A DNA stretch of 64,000 nt from Chloroflexia bacterium (GTDB lineage: Bacteria; Chloroflexota; Chloroflexia; QHBQ01; JADMIH01). The position numbers and the translations under genes were made by a program. The DNA is taken from contig DASWMJ010000009.1 in NCBI GenBank assembly GCA_036399775.1, positions 3,866 to 67,865 of the forward strand, given 5' to 3'. The notes under the pieces were generated by a model. The model saw only the letters and a list, made by a program, of their open reading frames with translations, made no database searches and had not been told where the DNA came from. Below are positions 39,489 to 48,784 of the stretch, one piece after another (the first letter of the stretch is position 1; each line of letters begins with the position of its first letter).

Positions 39489-39628
39489 AGTTGATACAAT
39501 CGGGGATGGAAGACAAAGAACGATACCCCGGTGATGTAAGTGGTGATGACTGGCTCTCACAACCTTCTCGCCCAATCCTTACGCGCCTGCCAACGATTTA
39601 CAAAGTAGCTTACTAGGAGGTTCCACTG

Positions 39629-40294
39629 ATGGAGCCCAGTCGGACCCCAAAAAAGAGCGTGCTCGCTATTCTCCTCTTCTATATCGGCCTGTTCGACGCT
39701 CTATTCCCCAGAACCTGGACGCTGTATCAGAAGTTGCGAAACTCCTTAGTGAGGTTCCTTTACTTAGTGGCAGGGGTTCTTGGAGTGCCGATTATTGCCT
39801 GGTGGCTTACATATCTTGCCGCTGGGCAACTCGACCCGATGCACCAAGTTCAAGTTTCAAAGGGCTTCCTGTATTTGTATCTGGTCCTCGACCTGGTTTG
39901 TTTCACTTTCCTCGGGCGAATATTGATAACTAGACTTGATGCAATTTACGAGAAATCAATAGGGAGGTATGAGTTTGTACGACGCTATATAGTAGTACCG
40001 ATACCACTTCCCGGTGTTATTGACAACGTTACATACAGGGGCCTGATTCGTAGTCTTGCTCCTGAGTTCGTAACGATATTGATATACGGCCTACTCGTAG
40101 TAGCGGCAATGATTGCTAAATTCGAGGACTTCTCCGGGGTAGAAATCATTACAGTGAGTCTTTGGAAAGATTACCGCTCGGTCTTCGTTGAAGTTCTGCT
40201 CACATACATTATCATTATTGAAGGCTATAAGCGACTGGATGAGTGGTTTCAAAAAGCTAATGTCGCTCACGATATAGCCAGTAAATCCGAGTAG
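39629..40294 (+). CDS. Hypothetical membrane protein in a low-GC patch
   Basis: 221 aa, 5-6 hydrophobic helices, AT-richer than the flanks, followed by MITE-like element B. Confidence 0.5.
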   Translation: MEPSRTPKKSVLAILLFYIGLFDALFPRTWTLYQKLRNSLVRFLYLVAGVLGVPIIAWWLTYLAAGQLDPMHQVQVSKGFLYLYLVLDLVCFTFLGRILITRLDAIYEKSIGRYEFVRRYIVVPIPLPGVIDNVTYRGLIRSLAPEFVTILIYGLLVVAAMIAKFEDFSGVEIITVSLWKDYRSVFVEVLLTYIIIIEGYKRLDEWFQKANVAHDIASKSE

Positions 40295-40321
40295 GAACTA
40301 TTCCAGAGAAGTCTAACGTCT

Positions 40322-40385
40322 TATAGCCCCGGAGGGGCGTAAAACATAGACAGGGGCTATTTAAGACTTACGCCCTTCCGGGGCT
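40322..40385. repeat. MITE-like palindromic element B, copy 1 (TATAGCCCCGGAGGGGCGTAA arms)
   Basis: tatagccccggaggggcgtaa ... ttacgcccttccggggct. Second copy at 62231-62316. Confidence 0.65.
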
Positions 40386-40476
40386 TGGTTTGGCTGCTGC
40401 CCCCTACATTGATAATTATGGGGCTGCTCGATAGCTTTCGCTGCGATAGCCTCCTCTCACCCCTGACCCCTGATCT

Positions 40477-40964
40477 CTACCTCGTCCATCGCCCCTCTAT
40501 GGCTACCAGCAACTCCTCGAAATAGGCCGACACCTCCGGGTAATTGCATTTTGCCTGAACGGCTATCCGGCCGTCCGCAAGCGGAAAAACCATGAATACT
40601 ATCGCCTGGTAGTGCATTATGATGCCGCCTTCTTTCTCGCAAAAGAGGGCATTCATGGTGAGCAGGGTGTTATCCTCGGCCTCGTTCTCGTCCGTTCGCC
40701 TGGGCGCGTGGGCCTGCTCGATAGTGTAGTAGCCGTCGGGCGTGTGGTATTTTTGCCTGGGGGTTGTGCGCGCGGCTGCATTGAGCCAGCGTGCAAAGTG
40801 GTCCGCGTTTGTGTCGAGCAGCAGCGTCCGAGCCGCGCCGGATCGAGGTTTGTCCTGCCCAGCAGCGTCCGGGTAAAGGGCATCCAGGCGCGCAATCAGG
40901 CTCTTCATACGCGCCTGGCGAGCTTCTTTGCTCTCTTCATTTCCCTGGTTGTTATTTACATCGG
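40477..40964 (-). CDS. Hypothetical protein (trimmed from the over-extended ORF 40477..41265)
   Basis: From MSDVNNNQGNEESKEARQARMKSLIARLDALYP.... The upstream 100 codons of the longer ORF are Arg/Cys/Pro-rich and overlap the dtd promoter. Weak RBS. Confidence 0.35.
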
Positions 40965-41069
40965 ACATAGCTTTCGCCCCGTCAGGGTAGTTGATAATAG
41001 TATGGCACACGCGTAAAATGCATAATATCATATCGCAGTAACATTCTCTGACCCCAACATCCAACACCC

Positions 41070-41519
41070 ATGAGAGCAGTAGTACAGCGAGTAACGCACG
41101 CGAGCGTCGAAGTTGAGGGTGAGACTGTGGGCAGTATCGGCCCCGGCTTTCTCGTGCTGCTCGGCGCGGGGCGCGACGACACAGAGGAGGACGTGCGCTA
41201 CATCGCCCGCAAGATAGCCGAGATGCGCATCTTCCAGGACGCGGATGGCAAGACGAACCTTTCACTGGCAGACGTGGGTGGCGCTATCCTGCTGGTGTCG
41301 CAGTTCACCCTCTACGCCGATACGCGCAAGGGGAGGCGGCCTTCCTTCACCGACGCCGCCCCGCCCGATCTCGCGAATGCGCTGGTAGACAGGTGCGCCC
41401 AACTCTTCCGAGAGGCGGGCCTCCACGTAGAGACAGGCCGGTTCGGCGCGCACATGCACGTGTCTCTACTCAACGACGGCCCGGTAACGATCCTGCTAGA
41501 CACGGCAGGCCATGTATGA
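41070..41519 (+). CDS. dtd: D-aminoacyl-tRNA deacylase
   Basis: MRAVVQRV...GPGFLVLLG...SQFTLY...NDGPVT; the SQFTLY motif is diagnostic. Confidence 0.88.
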   Translation: MRAVVQRVTHASVEVEGETVGSIGPGFLVLLGAGRDDTEEDVRYIARKIAEMRIFQDADGKTNLSLADVGGAILLVSQFTLYADTRKGRRPSFTDAAPPDLANALVDRCAQLFREAGLHVETGRFGAHMHVSLLNDGPVTILLDTAGHV

Positions 41520-41520
41520 A

Positions 41521-41634
41521 CCGTATTGCGTAAAGCTATATAGAGTTTGTACAATCCCACAAATCGCTTAGTGTTCTTTGTGTCTTTGTGGTTCGATAAT
41601 CACGCAATACGCAATACGAACTACGCAATACGAG
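41521..41634. repeat. Composite repeat: GAACCACAAAGACACAAAGAACACTAAG unit (reverse orientation) joined to a CGCAATACG heptamer array
   Basis: cttagtgttctttgtgtctttgtggttcgat aatcacgcaatacgcaatacgaactacgcaatacg. The same unit in opposite orientation is at 61326-61460; a partial is at 14676-14697. Confidence 0.7.
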
Positions 41635-41648
41635 TCCAGGAGCACTCC

Positions 41649-42836
41649 ATGATACAGACACCACCGGCTTCGATTGACCCTATCATTTCGCGGTTGCGGC
41701 CACGCTCTGTGGGCGAGGTGGTTGACCACTCATTCAGGCTTTATCGCAGGCACTTCCTGACGTTCCTGGCGATAACGGCCATCATCTTTGTGCCTGTGCA
41801 ACTGGCTATCCAGGCATTGACCCTCTGGATACAGGGTAGCACCGGGATGTTAAATAACGCGTCGGACCCGCTAACCTCCAGCGATTTTCAGGGCGGCGCT
41901 GCCAATGAGGTATTTATAGGCCTGATGATAGCGCTAATCGCGCTGCTGGTGCTGGCAGTACTGGGTAGCCTCTTGATGTATCTGAGCCAGGGCGCGCTCA
42001 CCGCCGCCGTAGCCGACAGCCATCTCGATAAGCCCGTCAGCTTCGGAGAGGCATACCGCAGTATGCTCAAACACGTCGGCCCGTTGCTGGGTATCATGGC
42101 CTTGCAGGTACTGGTTGGTATAGGGGTCTTCATACCTGTGTTCTTGCTTTTCTTTGTGGCTATACTCATGGTTGCCGGCTCGGGGGACGGCGCTGGCGCA
42201 GCCTTCGGGCTGATATGTTTTGCCTTCCTGGCTATGATACCGGCGTTCGTCTTCTACATATATATTAGCGTGCGCTGGTCGCTGGTCGTGCCCGCTATCA
42301 TGGTTGAGAACCTCGGCCCGGTGCAAGCTATCCGCAGAAGCTGGGGACTTGTTCAGGACTACTGGTGGCGCACGGCAGGCATAGGCTTCCTCCTCTACGT
42401 AATCGAAGCCATAATTTCGGCGGGGCCTGTATACGTAATTACGGCGCTGGCGTTGGTCCTGTTCAGAAATATGGACCCGGTGGCGCTTGGTGCCATAACA
42501 GGAGGGATAACGGTACTCACCACACTCTTGTACGTGCCGCTCGAACTGACGGCCTGGACCCTCTATTATTTCGACCAGAGAGTGCGCAAGGAAGGCTTCG
42601 ACATAGAGACCGCCCTGGCGCAGAGGTACCCCCAGGCACCGCCCCCCGGCTATAATGTCGGGCAACCTGGTCAACCGCAGCAATACGGCCCGGCGCAAAG
42701 CGGCGCTGTGGCCCCGCCTGTGCTTGGCTACGAGTCGCAGGGGGCGGGCTATGGGTCAGGCTATGGTCAAAGTTACAAGCAACCTGAGCAGCCCCGCCAA
42801 ACTCCGCAAGACGATGATACACCGCCCCAGGGTTGA
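41649..42836 (+). CDS. Hypothetical polytopic membrane protein with Pro/Gln/Gly-rich C-terminal tail
   Basis: MIQTPPASIDPIISRLRPRSVGEVVDHSFRLYRRHFLTFLAITAIIFVPVQLAIQAL..., 6+ TM helices. Tail ...PPPGYNVGQPGQPQQYGPAQSG.... Confidence 0.55.
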   Translation: MIQTPPASIDPIISRLRPRSVGEVVDHSFRLYRRHFLTFLAITAIIFVPVQLAIQALTLWIQGSTGMLNNASDPLTSSDFQGGAANEVFIGLMIALIALLVLAVLGSLLMYLSQGALTAAVADSHLDKPVSFGEAYRSMLKHVGPLLGIMALQVLVGIGVFIPVFLLFFVAILMVAGSGDGAGAAFGLICFAFLAMIPAFVFYIYISVRWSLVVPAIMVENLGPVQAIRRSWGLVQDYWWRTAGIGFLLYVIEAIISAGPVYVITALALVLFRNMDPVALGAITGGITVLTTLLYVPLELTAWTLYYFDQRVRKEGFDIETALAQRYPQAPPPGYNVGQPGQPQQYGPAQSGAVAPPVLGYESQGAGYGSGYGQSYKQPEQPRQTPQDDDTPPQG

Positions 42837-42921
42837 GGACCGCAAGCACGATGCTCACCGAATCGCCCGAACTCTCCACTGGACTTGCACGCTACAACGC
42901 CGGAAAAGGTGGTAGCGGGCA

Positions 42922-44136
42922 GTGAGTGCCCTTGTTCAGCAATTTGGCAGCATCCCCGCACGCATGAAGTGGGGCGGCCTGGCCGCTGTTGTGCTTATGG
43001 CGGCGCTCCTGGGGTGGTACTTCTTCCGCAGCGCGCCGGGGCAGGGCCAGCTAGCCGCGCCACCCCCGCCGCGCCCCGCTATCGGCAAGACGATCACATA
43101 TAGGGAATATACCGCCGCCATACTCAGCGCGCTCTCCGATGTCCGCAAGGCCAAACCGGCTGCGTTGGGTGACGAGCGGGAAGAGTTGCTCAAGAAAGCG
43201 GCAGGTACCCTCGAAGGAGTAGAGGGCGCGGGCACGCCCGCGCGAGATGGTGGTCTGTCGGAGATAGACAACACCGCTATCATTGACGCGCTCAGGGCTA
43301 AAGACCCGGATGTCGAGGATATAGAGTCCAGCCTGTCGGCGCTTGCCCAGGGCTTACAGGGAGGCGCGTTAGACCCGGTGGCGGGCACGCTCGATGGCGC
43401 GCAGGCCACCGGCGCGATGCATGAGGTGTTGAACGACCCCATCTTCGACTACGAGCAGCAGATATCACCCCTGCAAAGGTTGGCGCGCTGGCTTGCCGGT
43501 TTCACGGGAGATGGCGACCCTGACGACGTGCTCTGGCGGTGGTTCTCAGCCCTGGTGGCAGCCATAGCTGCGGGCGCGCTCACGTTTCTGGCGAGTGACA
43601 AGTTGGGCAATCGCTGGGCGCGGCTGGGGCTTGCGGTGTTAGTAGGTTTGCTCGTCGGGGCGCTCTTCTTTGCTGGGTTGGGCGCGATTGACGACACAAT
43701 ACTGCTTTTGGGTGCCGTGGGGCTGGTGGTAGCGGCTATAGTGGTCGGCCTACTCGTGGCGGGACTGGGTCGCGGGTCCGCGCCGAGCGCGAGGCCGCCC
43801 GCTATATCGGAGCTGGCTGCGGCCCTGGGCATGAACGCCGCCGAAGCGCGCAGGAGATCGGCGGAGGCTGCGGGAGAGGGCGATTACCGTGGAGCGATAA
43901 GATACAGGTGCCTGGCCGTGCTCCTCGCGCTTGACGAGGTGGGCAGGCTCACGTTCGACCGGGCCGCCACCAACCGTGAATACCTGTACCGCGCCCCCGG
44001 CACCCTCCAGGAAGAGCTACAGCCCCTGCTCACCCGCTTCGATGCTATCTGGTACGGCGGCTCCCCCACCGATGGAGAGGAATGGGCCGAGTATTCGGAG
44101 CGCGCTGCTCGAATAGAAGCGCAGGTGGCTGTGTGA
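42922..44136 (+). CDS. DUF4129-like protein (first gene of the MoxR/DUF58 cluster)
   Basis: C-terminus LTFDRAATNREYLYRAPGTLQEELQPLLTRFDAIWYGG is typical of DUF4129. N-terminal TM helices. GTG start (alternative ATG at 42964). Confidence 0.6.
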   Translation: MSALVQQFGSIPARMKWGGLAAVVLMAALLGWYFFRSAPGQGQLAAPPPPRPAIGKTITYREYTAAILSALSDVRKAKPAALGDEREELLKKAAGTLEGVEGAGTPARDGGLSEIDNTAIIDALRAKDPDVEDIESSLSALAQGLQGGALDPVAGTLDGAQATGAMHEVLNDPIFDYEQQISPLQRLARWLAGFTGDGDPDDVLWRWFSALVAAIAAGALTFLASDKLGNRWARLGLAVLVGLLVGALFFAGLGAIDDTILLLGAVGLVVAAIVVGLLVAGLGRGSAPSARPPAISELAAALGMNAAEARRRSAEAAGEGDYRGAIRYRCLAVLLALDEVGRLTFDRAATNREYLYRAPGTLQEELQPLLTRFDAIWYGGSPTDGEEWAEYSERAARIEAQVAV

Positions 44137-44148
44137 AAATAGACAGAA

Positions 44149-44275
44149 TTGCCCTTGCGACTGAAGTCGCGGGCAACAAAAACAAAGTCGCCCTTCGGCG
44201 ACTACTCTATCCAATATAGTCCGCGCAGGCGGACTTCGTAATCGTTGCCCGCGACTTCAGTCGCAAGGGCAATTT
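44149..44275. repeat. REP-like palindrome, copy flanking tnpA on the 5' side
   Basis: attgcccttgcgactgaagtcgcgggcaac...gtcgcccttcggcgac...agtccgcgcaggcggact...gttgcccgcgacttcagtcgcaagggcaat. Confidence 0.75.
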
Positions 44276-44299
44276 TGACAATAGCAAAGGGGCAGGCGT

Positions 44300-44728
44300 A
44301 TGCGCGCACCTTACACGCAACTTTATCTGCATTGCGTTTGGGCAACATGGGATCGCTTGCCATTGATTACCCCTACCGTTGAGCCGCACGTTTATGCTTG
44401 TATAGCTACCAAGTGTGAGGAGCATAGTTGTGAAACGCTTGCCGTTGGTGGAATTGAGGACCATATTCACCTACTGGTACGCTTTCCTCCTACGCTTGAA
44501 ATAGCAAGAATTATGAAAGAGGTAAAAGGCGCATCGTCGCACTTGATGACACATGTGCTTACGCCGGATGTCTTCTTCAAGTGGCAAGGCGGGTATGGAG
44601 CATTCACGGTTACTAAATTTGGAGTGGATAAAGCCAGAGCCTATGTAGAGAAGCAAAAGGAGCATCACTCCGCGAACCGGTTGTTTTCAGAATGGGAACG
44701 ATACGAATTCGATGATAAAGATGCGTGA
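44300..44728 (+). mobile_element. tnpA: IS200/IS605-family Y1 transposase (TnpA; REP-associated tyrosine transposase-like)
   Basis: 142 aa. HxH motif in GIEDHIHLLVRF; N-terminus MRAPYTQLYLHCVWATWDRLPLI and ...GGYGAFTV... are typical of IS200-like TnpA. Flanked on both sides by REP-like palindromes. Confidence 0.8.
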
Positions 44729-44737
44729 TCCCCGACA

Positions 44738-44870
44738 TTGCCCAGCGACTGAAGTCGCGGGCAACAAAAACAAAGTCGCCCTTCGGCGACTACTCTCTCC
44801 TAGAGAGTCCGCCTGCGCGGACTTCGTTTCCGTTGCCCGCGACTTCAGTCGCCGGGCAATCCTCCGGCGC
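44738..44870. repeat. REP-like palindrome, copy flanking tnpA on the 3' side
   Basis: attgcccagcgactgaagtcgcgggcaac...gtcgcccttcggcgac...agtccgcctgcgcggact...gttgcccgcgacttcagtcgccgggcaat. Confidence 0.75.
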
Positions 44871-44881
44871 GAGGCAAGCAT

Positions 44882-46138
44882 ATGAGCATAGAGCCTGTAC
44901 GCCAGGGCAACAGCAGGCTCGGCGAGCTTGCGGTGCTCGGCGTGTCTGTGGTGGCGGTCTTCGCCGGCATGATATGGCTGGTCGGCCTGCAAGGTACGTC
45001 AGACACGCCCGAAAGCGCGGGTTCTTCCCAGAGCGCGGGGCGCAGGGGTACGCTGGCTCTCTACAGGTGGTTGGAGAGATCGGGGTTTGAGGTATCACGT
45101 GTGGCGGGCGGGGAGCAGTTCCCGCCGCGCGTAGATACTCTTATCATGGTCAACCCCAACGGGGACTTCCCTCAGGGGCAGGCGGGCAGCGTGCGCCGGT
45201 GGGTAGAGGAGGGGCACACCCTCATCCTCGCGCTGGGCAGCAGGAACGGCGATCTGAGCACAGGCATAGGAGGCAGACACCCTATGCTACGCGAGCTTGG
45301 CATTGACCTCGACCTGTCACCCGGTTATTCCTCGACGGTGCCTCTTTCCCAGCCTCTTTTCAGCCGCCCGCCGGTATCGAAAGTCAAGTTGCCAGGGGTA
45401 TTCAGGTTGGAGTTGCCTGTGCGCGACACCGTTGTGCTCGCATCTTCCGGCAACGAGGATGGCAGCCGCGCACACCTGGCCGCTTTGCTCAAGCTGGGCG
45501 AGGGGCGCGTTTTCGTGCTCGCCAGCGATTACCCTCTCAACAACGAGGGTCTGCGCGACGAAGACAACGGCGCATTCATCTATAACATGGCGCAGGCGGC
45601 AGGCGGCAGGCGTGTAGCCTTTGACGAAGCGCATCACGGCCAGAGCGTCGGCGGCGACCTCATCGCCCTCTTGACGGACAATCCCTGGGGTTGGGCGCTA
45701 CTCTATGGCGTGCTGCTCACGGGCGTATATATCTTTTGGAGCGCGCGCCGCCTCGGCCCTCCACTGCCGGTAAGGTCGCCCGACCAGCGTAGGCCCACTT
45801 CCGATTACGTTACTTCGGTGGCGGGCCTCTTCAGGCGAGCACGCAAGCCGGGTTACGTTGCGGAGCGCTATCTACAGTTTTTCAAGCGCACCCTCTCACG
45901 CCACGCCGAGCTAGACCCGACCCTCACCGACTCGCGCTTCGTGCAGGCGCTCTCTGAACGAGGTCGCCATACCTTTGACCCGGAAAGTATGCTGCGTGCC
46001 GTAGAGCGTCTGCGTCGCCTGGAAGGTGAGGCTACGGCTGGTGAAGGCATAGAGTTAGAGACGCTAAAGGCGATACGAGAGGCGGAAAGAGTTAGGCGGG
46101 AGGCCTTGGGGCTGCGGAGTGATTCTGAAAACGGCTGA
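44882..46138 (+). CDS. DUF4350-like protein (MoxR cluster)
   Basis: N-terminal TM; GTLALYRWLERSGFEV...LIMVNP resembles the DUF4350 signature. It sits between DUF4129 and MoxR as in the canonical cluster. Confidence 0.6.
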   Translation: MSIEPVRQGNSRLGELAVLGVSVVAVFAGMIWLVGLQGTSDTPESAGSSQSAGRRGTLALYRWLERSGFEVSRVAGGEQFPPRVDTLIMVNPNGDFPQGQAGSVRRWVEEGHTLILALGSRNGDLSTGIGGRHPMLRELGIDLDLSPGYSSTVPLSQPLFSRPPVSKVKLPGVFRLELPVRDTVVLASSGNEDGSRAHLAALLKLGEGRVFVLASDYPLNNEGLRDEDNGAFIYNMAQAAGGRRVAFDEAHHGQSVGGDLIALLTDNPWGWALLYGVLLTGVYIFWSARRLGPPLPVRSPDQRRPTSDYVTSVAGLFRRARKPGYVAERYLQFFKRTLSRHAELDPTLTDSRFVQALSERGRHTFDPESMLRAVERLRRLEGEATAGEGIELETLKAIREAERVRREALGLRSDSENG

Positions 46139-46228
46139 AATTTGCTATTCACCGCTTGTACGAAATCATAGAATATAGTAGGATAAAGATAGCGCAGTTT
46201 GCGCTATTTACACAAAAGGGGGTATATC

Positions 46229-46501
46229 ATGGAGAAGGCAATAAGTGCGTTCGAGGCAAGACGTAACTTTGGAAAGTTGCTACAGGACGTTGCAGCAAAG
46301 GGAGACAAGATAGTTGTAGAGCGTCACGGAGAGCCGGTGGCTGTGCTGGTGCCCATGTCAGTTTATAAGCAATGGCAATGCAACAGGGAGAGGGCATATA
46401 ACACTCTGCGGGAGATATCTGAACGGGTGAACATGTCTGAGGAAGAGGCCAATATACTCATTGAGGAGGCCATAAGCGCGGTTCGCAGAGGCGAAGATTG
46501 A
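46229..46501 (+). CDS. Type II antitoxin, Phd/YefM family
   Basis: MEKAISAFEARRNFGKLLQDVAAKGDKIVVERHGEPVAVLVPMSVYKQW; AAGGGGG RBS. Confidence 0.75.
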   Translation: MEKAISAFEARRNFGKLLQDVAAKGDKIVVERHGEPVAVLVPMSVYKQWQCNRERAYNTLREISERVNMSEEEANILIEEAISAVRRGED

Positions 46502-46920
46502 TGAAGGTGGTGGTAGACGCTAACATTATTATTAGTCGTATACTCGTGCCCACAGGCGTACCAGCACAGGTTATAGAATACCATAAGAAAACGATTGAAC
46601 TTCTGACTTCCGAGCCTATTCTTGCGGAATGTCGCAGGGTGATGCGCTACAAACGCCTTCGCGCACGTCATCATTTGACTGACGATGAGATAGATTTGGC
46701 TATTGATTCGTTTAGGGAGATTGCCGATGTGGTGGAAGGAATCATGAATCTTGATGTCATCACAAAAGACCCGGACGACAATAAGATTATTGAATGCGCG
46801 GTGGTAGGCGGGGCTGATTACATAGTAAGTGGTGACGCCCACCTACTCAATGTCGGAGAGTATAAAGGCATCAGGATTCTCTCCCCCGCAAGTTTCCTAC
46901 TCCTATTAAAACGGGCCTAG
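46498..46920 (+). CDS. PIN-domain toxin (VapC-like), overlaps antitoxin stop by 4 nt
   Basis: MMKVVVDANIIISRIL... with acidic residues at typical PIN positions (DAN, ...SGD). ATGA overlap with the upstream antitoxin. AT-richer DNA. Confidence 0.6.
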   Translation: MMKVVVDANIIISRILVPTGVPAQVIEYHKKTIELLTSEPILAECRRVMRYKRLRARHHLTDDEIDLAIDSFREIADVVEGIMNLDVITKDPDDNKIIECAVVGGADYIVSGDAHLLNVGEYKGIRILSPASFLLLLKRA

Positions 46921-47020
46921 TTCATCTTACACCGTTGCCCCACCCCACCACCCTCTGCTATACTAAGCCCTCGACAGGGGCCGATAATACACACCTTTTA
47001 TCCATCATGGAGGTGCGCGC

Positions 47021-47779
47021 ATGACGGTGACCATTCAGCAAGAGGACTGGCAGAAGGTGCTCGCCGAGGTGGTCGGCACGTTCTTTTTCTTTTTCATCGG
47101 CATAGGCAGCGTGGCGTGGGTGCAGACCGGCGGCGTGGTTTACGTGGCGCTGGCTCACGGCCTGGCGCTGGCGATAGCTATCTCGGCGTTGGGGCACATA
47201 TCGGGCGGGCACTTCAACCCCGCCGTGACGCTGGGCCTCATGGTAGCCCGCAAGATTAGCCCTATGCTGGCTCTGCTTTATATCGTAGGGCAGATAGTAG
47301 GAGGCGTGCTGGCCTGCCTCGCGGTGGCTTTTGTGCTCCCCCCAGGCACAGTCCAGAGTGCCACTCCCCATCTCGCGGGCGGCATAGGTATGCTAGAGGC
47401 GATAATCCTTGAGGCAATACTTACTTTCTTCCTGGTCATCGCCGTCTTCGGCACGGCAGTAGACCCACGCGCCACTCGCATCGGCGGCTTTGGCATCGGT
47501 CTCACCGTGTTCGCTGACATCCTGGTGGGCGGGCCAGTGACGGGCGGAGTGATGAACCCGGCCAGGGCCATTACCCCCGCCATCATCGCCCGCGACTTCC
47601 AGCCGGATATGCTAGTGTACTGGGTAGGCCCCATCGTAGGAGGCATAATAGCAGCCCTCCTATACTCAATGGTCTTCCTGCCGAAGGGTGACGAGCCGAT
47701 AATCAAAGCCCCCGACGCCACCGATAGACTCGTAGAGCCGCCTCTGAGCGAGCCTGGGCTGGTGACAAACAGAAAGTAA
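47021..47779 (+). CDS. Aquaporin / MIP-family channel
   Basis: Two NPA boxes: [14 protein letters not shown] and [12 protein letters not shown]. Confidence 0.88.
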   Translation: MTVTIQQEDWQKVLAEVVGTFFFFFIGIGSVAWVQTGGVVYVALAHGLALAIAISALGHISGGHFNPAVTLGLMVARKISPMLALLYIVGQIVGGVLACLAVAFVLPPGTVQSATPHLAGGIGMLEAIILEAILTFFLVIAVFGTAVDPRATRIGGFGIGLTVFADILVGGPVTGGVMNPARAITPAIIARDFQPDMLVYWVGPIVGGIIAALLYSMVFLPKGDEPIIKAPDATDRLVEPPLSEPGLVTNRK

Positions 47780-47789
47780 GGAGTATTAC

Positions 47790-48731
47790 TTGCCACTCGT
47801 AGACATGTATCGCGCCCTTGATAGCGAGCGGCGCAAAGTTATCGTTGGGCAGCGTTGGACGTTCGATTTGCTGCTCGTGGCCCTGCTCACCGACGGGCAC
47901 GTCTTGTTGGAGGGAGTGCCGGGGGTGGCTAAGACCCTCATGGCGCGCACCCTTGCTACTACCCTGCGAGCCGACTTCAAGCGCGTGCAGTTCACACCTG
48001 ACCTCATGCCCTCCGACGTTATCGGCACCAACGTATTTGACCTGGCGAGCAGCACTTTCTCTCTGAGGCGGGGACCCGTATTTACCAGCATCATGCTAGG
48101 CGACGAGATAAACCGCGCCCCGGCCAAGACCCAATCGGCACTCCTGGAAGCGATGGAGGAGCGTCAGGTGACTATTGACGGCGTGAGCCACCCCCTGCCC
48201 GATCTCTTCATGGTCATCGCCACCCAGAACCCAATCGAGTACGAGGGCACCTACCCCTTGCCGGAGGCGCAACTCGACCGCTTCCTCTTCAAAGTGCTGG
48301 TGGACTACCCTACGCACGAAGAAGGTCTGCAAGTATTGAGGAATTACCAGGCGGGGTTCAGTCCGCGCAGGCTAACGGGTATAGAGCCGGTGGCGGGGCC
48401 GGACGACCTGCGCTCGGCGCGCCACGAGATAGCCGCCATCAAAGTAGCCGACCCGCTGATCGACTACATCCAGCGCATCGTGGACGAGAGCCGCCGCTCA
48501 CCCGATTTGTCGCTGGGTGGCTCCCCACGCGCCGCGATAGCCCTTCTCAACGCGAGCAAAACCCTCGCCGCGCTCCAGGGCCGCGAGTACGTTGTGCCCG
48601 ACGACATCAAGCTCCTGGTGCCGCCCGTTATGCGCCACCGCGTCATCCTCAAACCCGAAGCTGAGATAGAGGGGCTGAACGCCGATCGTGCCCTTGAGCG
48701 CATCATGGCGCGGGTCGAAGTACCCAGGTAA
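47790..48731 (+). CDS. MoxR-family AAA+ ATPase
   Basis: Walker [13 protein letters not shown], Walker B region [24 protein letters not shown], then the ...[21 protein letters not shown] sensor motifs. Confidence 0.88.
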   Translation: MPLVDMYRALDSERRKVIVGQRWTFDLLLVALLTDGHVLLEGVPGVAKTLMARTLATTLRADFKRVQFTPDLMPSDVIGTNVFDLASSTFSLRRGPVFTSIMLGDEINRAPAKTQSALLEAMEERQVTIDGVSHPLPDLFMVIATQNPIEYEGTYPLPEAQLDRFLFKVLVDYPTHEEGLQVLRNYQAGFSPRRLTGIEPVAGPDDLRSARHEIAAIKVADPLIDYIQRIVDESRRSPDLSLGGSPRAAIALLNASKTLAALQGREYVVPDDIKLLVPPVMRHRVILKPEAEIEGLNADRALERIMARVEVPR

Positions 48732-48784
48732 ATTGCGAATTTCGGATTGCGGATTGCGAATTTGATGACCTTAGATTTTACGGC

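Noticed and set aside
40965-41265. N-terminal 100 codons of ORF 40477..41265 (Arg/Cys/Pro-rich)
   Set aside because: Composition is typical of a spurious high-GC frame and it overlaps the dtd promoter and start. The gene was trimmed to the internal Met at 40964, and even that call is kept at low confidence.
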